A model generated the notes under the pieces. That model was given only the letters and a program-made list of their open reading frames with translations, ran no database searches and was not told the origin of the DNA. From Candidatus Ozemobacteraceae bacterium (GTDB taxonomy: Bacteria > Muiribacteriota > Ozemobacteria > Ozemobacterales > Ozemobacteraceae), in NCBI GenBank assembly GCA_965140445.1, contig OZ223236.1, positions 992,001-1,056,000 of the forward strand: a stretch of DNA of 64,000 nt, given 5' to 3'. The translations under genes and the position numbers were made by a program. Positions 29,644 through 39,572 of this stretch are shown in pieces (positions within the stretch are counted from its first letter, which is position 1; each line of letters starts with the position of its first letter).

Positions 29644-32167
29644 TAAGCGACATGGCTCAATTTTTCTTTTAACTCTCACAGCCATGACGGTTCTTTTTAT
29701 TCTAGGATTTTCCATAACCTTTTTCACTGGGGCGGAAGATTATTCTTCAGCAATGTCATACGAATCAGAAGTTGCTTTTAATCTTGCTGAGTCTGCGGTA
29801 GATGAATTTGTTGCTCGTTTGAAAAACTCCTTAAACCATGATGATGCAAATAATCAGCTTTACAAGGTTTTAAGAGCTCACAATACCGATATCTCTAAAG
29901 ATATTCCCCTTGAAGCGGCGCAAGTTGCTCAGCTGACAGCCTATACAAGAGAAACTGCCCGGCAGATATATGGAATTCAGTTTGGTCGGGGACTTGTTGA
30001 GTCTGATGATTTTGTGGTTGATGCAAACATAAAGTTGAAACATATCAATTCTGTTGAGGCCAAAAATGGAGATAAAGTCCTTTATCAGCTAAAAAAGGAT
30101 CTCAAAGAAAAGCAGGGTGAGTTGGAGGTAAGGGCGAAGGTTACTTATCGCGGTCACACGGCTAAGGTTTCCCTGAAATTCTTAATCAGGGTTGTTAAGA
30201 CATTTGTTCCGCCATTTAATTATTTTACTCTCTATGTTAAAGACGCCAGTGTTTATGGCGGATCGCATTTTAACACCTTTCCTTCTCAGACCTCTCAGGA
30301 AAGAAGCTTGAGACTTGATAATGGATGGAATGCCATTTTAAAAGATTTTGACCCGACGCAAAACTACACCAACTGGGAAAGTATGCTGGCCCAGATTGGT
30401 AATAACGCTCCAACGCCGCCAGGTCGAGTATATCTTGGACAGGATATGAACAGCATGATGCAGGCTGGACCAGCAGTTTTGCTTCGCTCAACAAATGGAG
30501 CCAAGTTGCTTTATGGAGCTAATTTGAATTCAAATGTTCAAAAATTTACCCAGATGAATGCCCAGGAGAACTTTTTTCTTCGATTTGATGTGCCATGGGT
30601 TGGCTTAAAAAAATATGTAAAAGAATACATGGAAGCCCAGGGGCAAAAAAAGACAAAAGAAGGATTGATCTTTACGGGTTGGGATAACGATACAAAAATA
30701 AGACTTTTTAATGTTGGCGCTGGAAATGAGTTGTTTGATGGGGCTTTTGGTGCGCCTTCTTTTTCTAACTGCTTTCAAACATATGTAACTCACACAGATC
30801 AGCTTATTAAACAAAGTAATGGTGGGCCCAATGGAGACGAAGGCCGGATGAAATCCAGACTAATGCCACCTCTTAATCAAAGTGGGCTGCATGTCTTTGG
30901 TGCGGCCCCGCCTAGAGCCAATCTGGCTCCATTAGAGGGAGCGGATTTTTCGAAGCTTTCTCCAACAGTTGTTTATGGCCCAGTGTTACGCCAATATTTC
31001 AGGGGAGTTCAGGTTCATCCAAAGGGGGGCAGCCCAATGGAACTGCCTTTTATTGCTACTAACAGCCCTATAATAAATATGGCGCTTGGTCCAGATTTTG
31101 ATTTAGGTGATCCATTATCTGCCACACAGGCACGACAGCTTTTTGAAATGGCTGGTTTGCCAAAAGATTTCTGTGACACAACATTGGCTGATAACTGGGA
31201 TTTGTTGGACAAAGACTTTAGAAAGCTTAAAAATTACGGAAACTTTATGAGTGACTCTGGAGTTGAGCTCTACAACAGAGGTCTTGCTAACTTTCTACAG
31301 AGATTAAAAAATAGTAGTCCTGAAGGTAACACTGAAGAATATAGCGGTCCCTTAAAGGATTACATGGGGGGCTTTCTGGAGAATTACCCTTACCCGTATT
31401 CTTCTATACCAAAGGGTATGGATAGTGTGGTTACTCAATCCCCTATCAGAGAGTTTTATGAAGGCTCTATGTGGGAAGCTCTTCCAGATGGCATGAGTTC
31501 TTATCTGTTAGATTTTTATTTTATCCCTCGTAGCACCGAAGATTTCTTCAGAGGTAGAACAACTATTGCAATGGGCGGAAATTCTTACGACCGATTTGAT
31601 TTCAAATATATCAATAATGTTAAATCTTATCTTTCGGGAGCAAAGAACCAAACCCTGGAGCTGAATGGCATTCTGGCCTTGAATGACTCAGAACCTCTTA
31701 TGCTCAGAAATCTTAAGTTTAGAGGAAAAGGTATAATTTATTCCAGCCCTATGATGGGAGGGGGAAAGGTTGTTGTTTCTGGAGATTTGGTTGGTGCTGA
31801 AACTCAGCTTGATAAGTCTTTTAATTCCTCTATCGGAAATCATCTTCTTACAATAATTGCCCCACAAATTGTAATTGATACAACGGAAGCTCAAGGCAGT
31901 ATCTGCTATGTTGAGGCGAACCTGATTTCTGTTTCAGAGCCTCTTATAGTTAAGGGAACAAAAAGTATTATTATCAAAGGAACAGTTGTTACGCCCTATA
32001 TGAATCTGGATGATCATTTTCTGACACCCGGTGAGAATGTAATTTGCTATAATCCCCTAAATGGAATCTGGAGAAACGCCAGGCCAGAACTTATGAATTC
32101 TCTCTACGTGGCCAAGGTGGTTACTGGCGGCGTAGGTAAATTTGATTGGAAATATGAGAGAAATTGA
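29633..32167 (+). CDS. Very large K/PilX-like prepilin (844 aa)
   Basis: RHG|SIFLLTL without Glu5, AFNLAESAV, beta-helix-like C-terminus. Confidence 0.75.
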   Translation: MQSNKRHGSIFLLTLTAMTVLFILGFSITFFTGAEDYSSAMSYESEVAFNLAESAVDEFVARLKNSLNHDDANNQLYKVLRAHNTDISKDIPLEAAQVAQLTAYTRETARQIYGIQFGRGLVESDDFVVDANIKLKHINSVEAKNGDKVLYQLKKDLKEKQGELEVRAKVTYRGHTAKVSLKFLIRVVKTFVPPFNYFTLYVKDASVYGGSHFNTFPSQTSQERSLRLDNGWNAILKDFDPTQNYTNWESMLAQIGNNAPTPPGRVYLGQDMNSMMQAGPAVLLRSTNGAKLLYGANLNSNVQKFTQMNAQENFFLRFDVPWVGLKKYVKEYMEAQGQKKTKEGLIFTGWDNDTKIRLFNVGAGNELFDGAFGAPSFSNCFQTYVTHTDQLIKQSNGGPNGDEGRMKSRLMPPLNQSGLHVFGAAPPRANLAPLEGADFSKLSPTVVYGPVLRQYFRGVQVHPKGGSPMELPFIATNSPIINMALGPDFDLGDPLSATQARQLFEMAGLPKDFCDTTLADNWDLLDKDFRKLKNYGNFMSDSGVELYNRGLANFLQRLKNSSPEGNTEEYSGPLKDYMGGFLENYPYPYSSIPKGMDSVVTQSPIREFYEGSMWEALPDGMSSYLLDFYFIPRSTEDFFRGRTTIAMGGNSYDRFDFKYINNVKSYLSGAKNQTLELNGILALNDSEPLMLRNLKFRGKGIIYSSPMMGGGKVVVSGDLVGAETQLDKSFNSSIGNHLLTIIAPQIVIDTTEAQGSICYVEANLISVSEPLIVKGTKSIIIKGTVVTPYMNLDDHFLTPGENVICYNPLNGIWRNARPELMNSLYVAKVVTGGVGKFDWKYERN

Positions 32168-32616
32168 TGAATATTAACGTTTATAGGAAAAAATCAGGAT
32201 TTTCGCTGGTTGAAATCCTGGTTGTACTGGTAATGATTTCTGCTGGTATTTTACCTATTTATAGTTTGATGAAATCCGGGCAAAAGAGAATTGTTCGTGC
32301 GGACACCAGAACAATGTCCACTTTGTTTGGAACTTCTGCTTTAGAGCTAGCCAGAACTCTTGGATATGATAAAGCTCAGAAATTGCAAAATGATAAAGAG
32401 TTTCAAGAATTGCAGAAAACTGCGCAGAAGAATGGATTTGAATTGAGATTTGAGCCGACTTTGCAGCCTATCGAACCTCTTCCTCCAGGAGCAAAGCGCG
32501 CATTTTTGCTTAGAATAAAGATAACTGTAGTTTCAAAGTATAAAAAGAGCGAATCGGATGTTCCTGTTTTAACCTTTGTAACAATTCTTACGGATCCAAG
32601 GTATAACTACTATTAA
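32167..32616 (+). CDS. Prepilin (I/V-like)
   Basis: KSG|FSLVEILV; TGATG overlap. Confidence 0.85.
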   Translation: MNINVYRKKSGFSLVEILVVLVMISAGILPIYSLMKSGQKRIVRADTRTMSTLFGTSALELARTLGYDKAQKLQNDKEFQELQKTAQKNGFELRFEPTLQPIEPLPPGAKRAFLLRIKITVVSKYKKSESDVPVLTFVTILTDPRYNYY

Positions 32617-32617
32617 T

Positions 32618-33262
32618 ATGATTAGCTATTTAAACAACAGGCGAAGAAATAAACGCTCAGGGATTACCCTGATTGAGTTAATGTTCGCTATTGGAATGGT
32701 TTTAATGCTAACCGGCTCGATGTATCAGCTCATGCGCATGATTAGGAAGAGCTTTACTCATTCTGCTAATAAGCTGGATATTTTGCAGACTACCAGAATT
32801 ATTATGTCTGGGATCAGGAATGAGCTTCGGAATGCTGCCGAAAAACCTCAGGTATTTAATGGAAGATTGAACATTCCCATAAGCAATACTGAAACCGTTC
32901 AGTATTACTTTAACGAAGAAACCAGACGTTTGTTCCGTGGAAAAAAGGGAAGTATCAATGAGTCTGACCCTGATGTTAGCGAGATGAGGCCTTTCCTGTT
33001 TGACGATGGGCAGATTTTGGGCTTTGATTACGATTCAAGTTACAGGGATTCAAATTCTTTTGTGGAATCAGAATTGGCTTTAAACTCAAAGGTTTGGTTT
33101 AAGGTTTCCATGAAAATTCTTTATACCGAAAAGTTCAAGAGGTTGAGTGAGGCAGACAAAACCAAAATTCTTGAAAATCCAGATGATGATCCGAGAGTAA
33201 AATCCTTTTTTATGATGATTACTCCAAGGCGTGTTAACTGGCTACTCCAGGCTACTCAGTAG
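32618..33262 (+). CDS. Prepilin (J/W-like)
   Basis: RSG|ITLIELMF, IRNELRNA. Confidence 0.85.
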   Translation: MISYLNNRRRNKRSGITLIELMFAIGMVLMLTGSMYQLMRMIRKSFTHSANKLDILQTTRIIMSGIRNELRNAAEKPQVFNGRLNIPISNTETVQYYFNEETRRLFRGKKGSINESDPDVSEMRPFLFDDGQILGFDYDSSYRDSNSFVESELALNSKVWFKVSMKILYTEKFKRLSEADKTKILENPDDDPRVKSFFMMITPRRVNWLLQATQ

Positions 33263-33395
33263 AGTCTTAGAGCATATTAAAAGGAGTTTTGGCAAGGCCA
33301 GGTCTCCATTGCATATCACAATATTTTGTTGGTTACTGCGGGCAATCTTCTAAAGACTTGGTTTTTGCGGTATCGGCTTAATGATTATGGAAAAT

Positions 33396-33431
33396 AAAAA
33401 GGGTATCAAATTAAAGATTGATACCCTTTTT
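33396..33431. terminator. Bidirectional intrinsic terminator
   Basis: AAAAAGGGTATCAA..TTGATACCCTTTTT between convergent genes. Confidence 0.85.
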
Positions 33432-33464
33432 GCTTTCTTAGAAAAGAACACTTGGCTTTAAATA

Positions 33465-35228
33465 TTATCTTCGATAGATAACTCCCTGAATCGATTTTTC
33501 ACTGTCAGAGTTGTCATATTCGAAAATGAGAAGGTAGTTTTTTCGTCTTTTCATTTCGTCGATTTCTCTGCTTTTAAACATCCACCCCTTATTTTCCTCT
33601 TCTCTTCCGACTATTCGACCTTTTCCAATTAGGTTTAACTCTGGAAGTGCGAGAATATGCAGGTTAGCGCTAACAATCCAATCGTTAGGCCTGTTGGCAT
33701 ACATTTCGCCGATGATTGTGCTGGCTTCGCGTTTTTGGCCCTCTTCTTCTTCATCGGTATTTTTTCTTTTATCAATGGTGCTTGAAGGTTTCTTTATTTC
33801 GCCTCTTAGGTATTTAAGCGAAAGAGCCCAGGGTTTGGAGGTGATACATTTGGCAAATGTTTGTCCGGAATGATTGATTTTGTTTCTTTTAAAATCGTTG
33901 TCAGAATCCATAACATACCTGGCAAGAATATAGCCTGCTCGTTCTTTTTGAAAATCGGTCAGATCTCGGTTTGTAGCAACTTGGAGGAGAGACTCCAACA
34001 GATCGTCAGTGATCTGTTTGCCTGAGTAGAGATATGATTCAAGAGTCAGTAATTTTGCAGAGTTTCTGTTCTGGCGAGACATTATTCCACGATTGAGAAG
34101 TGGCTCAATGGTTTTTAAGGCATCATCAAATTTTCCTGCATGAAATTGAATGACTGATTTAAAGAAGGTTATGTCACCTGGTAACAACTTTGGAAGAAGG
34201 TTAGCAGAGGTTGAATAGGTCTCTTTGGAGTAAGGACCTTTAAGCTTTTTTAGCATTGCTGCAACAATTCTTGCTTCCATTCCGTATTTTTCATCATCGG
34301 TTTCTTCCTTAAGGCGATCAAACACGCCTTCAAGAACCCATAGGGCTTCGTCAACCATAGGGTATTCCTGAGGAGAAACTATTTTGAAGATGTTTAGTAA
34401 CTCAGCTGCTTCTTCGTATTGGCCCATCATTGCCAACACAAGGCCGTTCATGTGATTCCAGGCGTAATCTTGCTTGTCAGTAGCTCCTGGAATAGTTGAG
34501 ATAGGGGCAAAATTGAATTCAGACAAGAGTGCGTGGGCTTCAAAAAGCTGCTTACCTAATGCAAGCGTTTCTACCAGCTTGAGTCTAAGCTCGCGAATAG
34601 TCTGAGTTTTTCCAAATATTCTAAAGTCGCTTTTATAATCCGGAGCCATTCCAGCGCAGGTTCTAAATGCTTTGATGGCTTCTGCCAGGCTGCCTTGTTT
34701 TTCCCGGGAATGCTGAGTCAACATTTTCTGTGTGTAGTAAAGACCTTCAACGAAGTTGAGATCTGGAACCAAAGAATTTGTTTTAAATGTAGAACGACAA
34801 GAACGAAGCCATTTTTTGGCAGTTCTAAGAGTTTCTTTTACTTCTTTGGTGTTAACAACATAAAAGGGCTCAGCTCTATTTGCTAAATATTCCCCTTTCA
34901 TAAGGCTATTTTGGTATTGTTTTCTAGCTTTTAGTGTGTTGGCAAGAACAAGATATAGCCTGGATTTATCAATGATTTCACTTTTTTTCGCGTCTTTTTC
35001 AGCATTTTCAAGAACACGTATGATTTCATCAAGGTCTCTTATTTCATAGGCTCGCTCATCTATGGTTTCTAATTGTTCCTTGGCTGAGTAGAAATACTGG
35101 GTTGGAGTAATAGTCAGTAACCCTTTCTGGCCTGCAGAACAACCGGAGAAAAATACCGCACAATAAGCTGATATAAACAAAAACAAGGCATATTTTACAA
35201 TAAATTTAAATTTGAATTCCGTTGCCAT
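33465..35228 (-). CDS. Putative TPR-like helical lipoprotein
   Basis: Lipobox FFSG|C, helical repeats, beta-rich C-terminus; GAGGT SD. Confidence 0.7.
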   Translation of the reverse strand: MATEFKFKFIVKYALFLFISAYCAVFFSGCSAGQKGLLTITPTQYFYSAKEQLETIDERAYEIRDLDEIIRVLENAEKDAKKSEIIDKSRLYLVLANTLKARKQYQNSLMKGEYLANRAEPFYVVNTKEVKETLRTAKKWLRSCRSTFKTNSLVPDLNFVEGLYYTQKMLTQHSREKQGSLAEAIKAFRTCAGMAPDYKSDFRIFGKTQTIRELRLKLVETLALGKQLFEAHALLSEFNFAPISTIPGATDKQDYAWNHMNGLVLAMMGQYEEAAELLNIFKIVSPQEYPMVDEALWVLEGVFDRLKEETDDEKYGMEARIVAAMLKKLKGPYSKETYSTSANLLPKLLPGDITFFKSVIQFHAGKFDDALKTIEPLLNRGIMSRQNRNSAKLLTLESYLYSGKQITDDLLESLLQVATNRDLTDFQKERAGYILARYVMDSDNDFKRNKINHSGQTFAKCITSKPWALSLKYLRGEIKKPSSTIDKRKNTDEEEEGQKREASTIIGEMYANRPNDWIVSANLHILALPELNLIGKGRIVGREEENKGWMFKSREIDEMKRRKNYLLIFEYDNSDSEKSIQGVIYRR

Positions 35229-35242
35229 TAGCGACCTCTAGG

Positions 35243-37528
35243 TTAAAAGTTTTTCAATTTTATAGATACTCTGCCTTTGTTATAGGAGTTATCTTTGGGC
35301 TTATCGAAGAAAATAATAAAGTTTTGCTCAATTAATTTGTCTACGAGTTCTTCAATTTTGCTGAAGCGGTATCTATCATCATCGAATTTGGGGCCTAGTT
35401 CAACAAATTTGTTGTCTTCGATGAAGAATAAATATTGAATTGTCGAGAAAATACCTTCTGGCGCATCCCTGTTCTTGTCTAGATATAGGTTGACCACGTC
35501 AACTTTTGGAATTCTGGTGGTATCTTTGCCAAGTTCTTCAGCTTTGTGTTCGAGTTGCTGGTAAAGTTCTCTGGTATCTCCCCAGTCTTTAGCCTGAATC
35601 ATTGCGCAGTCAAGATCGTATTCAAGGTCTCCGGATCCCTTGCAGTGATACATGGTTGGGCGCTCTGCGTCCGGTGTGGCGTCAATCATACAACCTTCTT
35701 TAGAAAGGGAGCTAATAGTCATTATTGGATTATTCAGTTCAATTGAAAGTCCCTTTAACTCTGTAGATATTTCTTCTACTTTGAACTTTTCGTCCATATA
35801 GTTTCTTGAAAGTGGCATTTTCTGGATATAATCCACAAAAATCATAATATCTTGAGTGTTGAAATCTTGCATTACGTTGTAGGCATAGGATCTAATTCTA
35901 TCCACGGTATCTTCTTTTGTTGCCTCAACAATGTAGAAATAATCCATGTATTCCTGCATTTTTTTCCATCCACCCATGAATTTTGCATCCATGATCATAT
36001 CGGAGCGAATTTTTTTTCTTTGCAAAGAATCCGGATTAAGACGACTTTCTTTAGCCAGAAGTCTGTAAGTAAGGTTCTTCTTAGTCTGTTCATATGTAAA
36101 AAACAGAACAGGGATTTGGTTTAAGGTTGCAACTCTTGTTGCCAGCTCGAGAGTGAAAGTTGTTTTACCTCTTCTGGGGGCTCCGGCAATGGCATACATG
36201 AAACCTTTTCTGAAACCTGAAACCGCCTTGTTAAGGTAATGCATTGGCTCAAAGGAGTAGCCAATAATATCAACCTCACCCTTAACCTCACGATCTTCGA
36301 TATCAGCAATGATGTCTTGCATTTCTTCTTTTACGAGATTAATTCTTTTGGTGGTTCTGGCTTTTTGAATGTTTCTTACATTCTGGATGATTCCGTTGGT
36401 AAAAGTCTCAAGATTGAGGTTCTGGTCTTTTTTCTTACCTTCAATGAATTCATTGATATCGAATGACACTTCTTTAAGTTTTCTTTTTAATGCCTGTTCT
36501 TTTAAAAGTTCAAGGTAGTGGAGTGCCTGATCCATTAATGGGGCTGGAGAAGAGAAAATCTTGTCCATAAAATCCTTGGTGGCAGAATCCCATTGATTAA
36601 TTTGCTGTAGTTTGTTTTTTATTACAATTTTATCAACGCTGGAAAGCTGCGGATTTTCTTCTCTCAGGCTAACAATGCCTCTAAAGATTGTTCGGGAAAA
36701 TCTGGTTGAAAACAGACCTGTTATAAGTCCCTTTGCGTTCAAGCTTTCGAGAATATATGGATCTTTTAAAAGTCCTGCCAGGATAGCAATTTCAAGATCT
36801 TCATCTCCGTAGCCAGTAATATTCGAGGTGAAAACCTGGTTTTGGAGTTGTTTTTCTTCTTCAGAACGAGTGTCAGCAACTTTTTCTACTTCTTCTTTTT
36901 TAGCCGGAGTTTCGTGAATTTTAAAATTATTTAAATCTGGTTTTGGTCCAATATTCTGGGCCTCGTCAATTTCCAGAATTGAATCAAGCTGAGATATCGG
37001 TTCTGATGATGATTTTTCCTGGACAGCAGATGGTGGTGGAGGAGGGGGGCTACTCACCTGGGCAGGATTAGGCAATCTGGAGTTTGAATGTATTGGTGGT
37101 TGCGCAATGGGAGAAGGGGTAGGGGCTGGAGCAGGGGGTGGATTTGAGATGGCCGGGTGAACGGGTGGCGCAGGCGGCCTTTGCGCGGTAGGAGTGTTAA
37201 TTGTTAGCCCGGGAGCCTTGTTTGAAGGAGGGGTGGGGGATGCCGGTGGCTGAGGCTGATTTCCCATAAGTGGAGGAGCACCATTTTGCGTTACTCTATT
37301 TGGTTGAGAGGCAGGCGGTTTTGGCGCCGTAGGTGGAATCTGTGGAGCTGGATTGCCAATTCCCTGATTTGGGACTGGTGGGGGGGCTGGTTTTGCTGGA
37401 GCTGGTTTGCTTAAGAGACCATTTAAGGAAAAGCCCCCAAACGCACCTTGAGATTGTTCGTTTGCAGAACAATGCGCACACGCTTGCCCGTCTAAGATTT
37501 CATTGTTGCATTTTGTACAAATTGCCAC
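35243..37528 (-). CDS. Divergent DnaB-family helicase with an N-terminal C4 zinc ribbon and Pro-rich linker
   Basis: AGAPRRGKTT, FFTYEQ, FVDYIQ, ISTELKGLSIELNNP, GSGDLEYD, KNR; CTKC-x9-CAHC; AGGAGGAG SD. Confidence 0.85.
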   Translation of the reverse strand: MAICTKCNNEILDGQACAHCSANEQSQGAFGGFSLNGLLSKPAPAKPAPPPVPNQGIGNPAPQIPPTAPKPPASQPNRVTQNGAPPLMGNQPQPPASPTPPSNKAPGLTINTPTAQRPPAPPVHPAISNPPPAPAPTPSPIAQPPIHSNSRLPNPAQVSSPPPPPPSAVQEKSSSEPISQLDSILEIDEAQNIGPKPDLNNFKIHETPAKKEEVEKVADTRSEEEKQLQNQVFTSNITGYGDEDLEIAILAGLLKDPYILESLNAKGLITGLFSTRFSRTIFRGIVSLREENPQLSSVDKIVIKNKLQQINQWDSATKDFMDKIFSSPAPLMDQALHYLELLKEQALKRKLKEVSFDINEFIEGKKKDQNLNLETFTNGIIQNVRNIQKARTTKRINLVKEEMQDIIADIEDREVKGEVDIIGYSFEPMHYLNKAVSGFRKGFMYAIAGAPRRGKTTFTLELATRVATLNQIPVLFFTYEQTKKNLTYRLLAKESRLNPDSLQRKKIRSDMIMDAKFMGGWKKMQEYMDYFYIVEATKEDTVDRIRSYAYNVMQDFNTQDIMIFVDYIQKMPLSRNYMDEKFKVEEISTELKGLSIELNNPIMTISSLSKEGCMIDATPDAERPTMYHCKGSGDLEYDLDCAMIQAKDWGDTRELYQQLEHKAEELGKDTTRIPKVDVVNLYLDKNRDAPEGIFSTIQYLFFIEDNKFVELGPKFDDDRYRFSKIEELVDKLIEQNFIIFFDKPKDNSYNKGRVSIKLKNF

Positions 37529-37718
37529 CCTTTTTTCTCCTCCTGACAGGAAACCAAAATTTTACGGAAAAAAAAGATTCTGGAACTTTTTTTTTTACTC
37601 CGAGTCAAATTTCCTGTCGTAACAGAATAACGGTAGGCAGCCTATTATTCAAGAGCGAGAAGGAATTTTATAGAGGAGTCTTTTAAAGAACTGTGTAGAG
37701 CGGGTGAGGTAGTGTGCC

Positions 37719-37747
37719 TTGACAAGCTCAAGTCAACAAAGTATTAT
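37719..37747 (+). promoter_or_regulatory. Sigma70 promoter of the bamA-lpx operon
   Basis: TTGACA-17-TATTAT. Confidence 0.75.
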
Positions 37748-37772
37748 GCCGATACTTTGAGTAGTCTATCTG

Positions 37773-39500
37773 TTGAAGGAGCCTATGAACAAATTCAACT
37801 TTGTCAAAATAATCGTGTTTTCTTTTGTTTTTCTCGCTTTTGTAAGCATTTCAGCACAGGCTTATGAGAGTAATATTGTCGTTGACTTTAAAGTCGAAGG
37901 CAATCGGATGATTGATGAAAAAGTAATTCTTTTAAACGTTTCCCTAAAAGAGGGAGACAAAATTACACCTGAGGCCGTACAGAATGAAATAGCTCGTTTA
38001 GGCGAAATGGGATATTTCTCTTATGTTGGCGCTGAAATCAGACCTTCTGGTAAAGGTAAGGTTCTGGTATTCAAAGTAGAAGAAAATGCCATTGTTGGCG
38101 AAGTTGAGATTAAAGGCTGTACAAAAGTAAAGCTTGAAACTCTTAAAGCTGCTATGGAAAGTAAAGTTGGGTCTGTTTTTAACAGCAAACTTTTAACTCA
38201 AGATATTCAGAACGTAAATGAAGTTCTTGCAAAGCATGGATATTTGTTTTCAAAGGTATCTGACGCTTATGTTCAGGATAAGGGCAGCAAAATCAACATA
38301 GAGATTGTTGAAGGCGTTCTTACTGAAGTAAAAATTGAAGGTCTTAAGAAGACAAAAGAAAATGTAGTTCGTCGTGAATTGTCTGTTAAACCAGGCGAAA
38401 TTTATGACAACAAAAAAATCGTTAGAGATTTACAGAGGATTTATAACCTCGGTTTCTTTGAAGAAGTAAAACGCGACCATCTTCCAGGAAAAACTCCTGA
38501 AGAAATCGTTCTTGTTATTCAACTTGTTGAACAAAAAACAGGAAGAGCTGGCGTAGGTGCTGGTTATAGTTCCTTAAACGGTTTGGTTGGTTTTGTAAAC
38601 CTTTCACAGAATAACTTCAAGGGCGAAGGAAAAAGAGTATATCTGAAGACCGAGTTTGGCGGAGTTCAAACTTATGAACTTGGTTATTTTGATCCTTATT
38701 TCAATAACAGACCTCAAAGCTTTGGAATTGACGTATATAATACTGAATACACAAGAAATCTTTATTCAAGTGGTAACACCCTGACTGAATATAATGAGAA
38801 GAGAAAAGGTGGAAGTATTACCCTCGGAAAAAGAATTCGCAGAGATGTTGATCTTTCGTTCCGTTTCAGAGACGAAGACGTTAAGATTAATCCAACAGAT
38901 TCAACCGCATCAAAGCCGGCTGGAATTGTAGATGGAAGACTACAGACTTTCGCTGCCATTCTTGATAAAGATACCAGGGATAATCGTTTTAGACCAACTC
39001 AGGGTGTTCACGATTCTTTCTGGGTTGAAACAACAGGTGGAATTCTTAAAGGTGCCAACCAATATACGAAGTATATGCTCGCCATGAGAAGATATTTTGC
39101 TGTTAGCAACAACAGAAAAACTGTTATGGCTATTCAGTCTGTTGCTGGTCAGACCACTATTGGAAAAGGTTTTGTTCCAGTTTATGATATGTTCTCTATC
39201 GGTGGTAGTGATACTGTTCGTGGTTATGAAGAAAGAGAATTCCTCGGAACAAAGCTTTTTTATGCAAACCTTGAATTGCGACAGAAAATTACTAAGAATT
39301 TTGACGTAGTTGGTTTTTATGACCTGGGAAGTGCCTGGGGAACTGACTATGATAGAAAGAAAATCGACTTTGACCTTAAAAAGGGTTATGGACTTGGTTT
39401 GAGATTACAAACTCCACTCGGTCCGGTCGCTATTGACTATGGTAAGGCTAGCGATAGAAGTGATGGAACAACTTATATTAACTTTGGTTCATCTTTCTAA
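37773..39500 (+). CDS. bamA: BamA/Omp85 outer-membrane assembly protein with about three POTRA domains (start may be 37785)
   Basis: POTRA repeats, VRGY motif, GLRLQTPLGP, C-terminal FGSSF. Confidence 0.92.
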   Translation: MKEPMNKFNFVKIIVFSFVFLAFVSISAQAYESNIVVDFKVEGNRMIDEKVILLNVSLKEGDKITPEAVQNEIARLGEMGYFSYVGAEIRPSGKGKVLVFKVEENAIVGEVEIKGCTKVKLETLKAAMESKVGSVFNSKLLTQDIQNVNEVLAKHGYLFSKVSDAYVQDKGSKINIEIVEGVLTEVKIEGLKKTKENVVRRELSVKPGEIYDNKKIVRDLQRIYNLGFFEEVKRDHLPGKTPEEIVLVIQLVEQKTGRAGVGAGYSSLNGLVGFVNLSQNNFKGEGKRVYLKTEFGGVQTYELGYFDPYFNNRPQSFGIDVYNTEYTRNLYSSGNTLTEYNEKRKGGSITLGKRIRRDVDLSFRFRDEDVKINPTDSTASKPAGIVDGRLQTFAAILDKDTRDNRFRPTQGVHDSFWVETTGGILKGANQYTKYMLAMRRYFAVSNNRKTVMAIQSVAGQTTIGKGFVPVYDMFSIGGSDTVRGYEEREFLGTKLFYANLELRQKITKNFDVVGFYDLGSAWGTDYDRKKIDFDLKKGYGLGLRLQTPLGPVAIDYGKASDRSDGTTYINFGSSF

Positions 39501-39572
39501 GCGTTCAGTATTGATTATTCTCTCGAAAAGAGAGACAATTCTTTAGAAGAAAACTAGGAGAACTTATCCAAA

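Noticed and set aside
37020..37410. GC-rich patch suggesting foreign DNA
   Set aside because: Explained by proline codons of the low-complexity linker
37728..37755. TCAA-N16-GCCGATAC sigma28-like site upstream of bamA
   Set aside because: Overlaps a better sigma70 promoter and has an imperfect -35; may be chance
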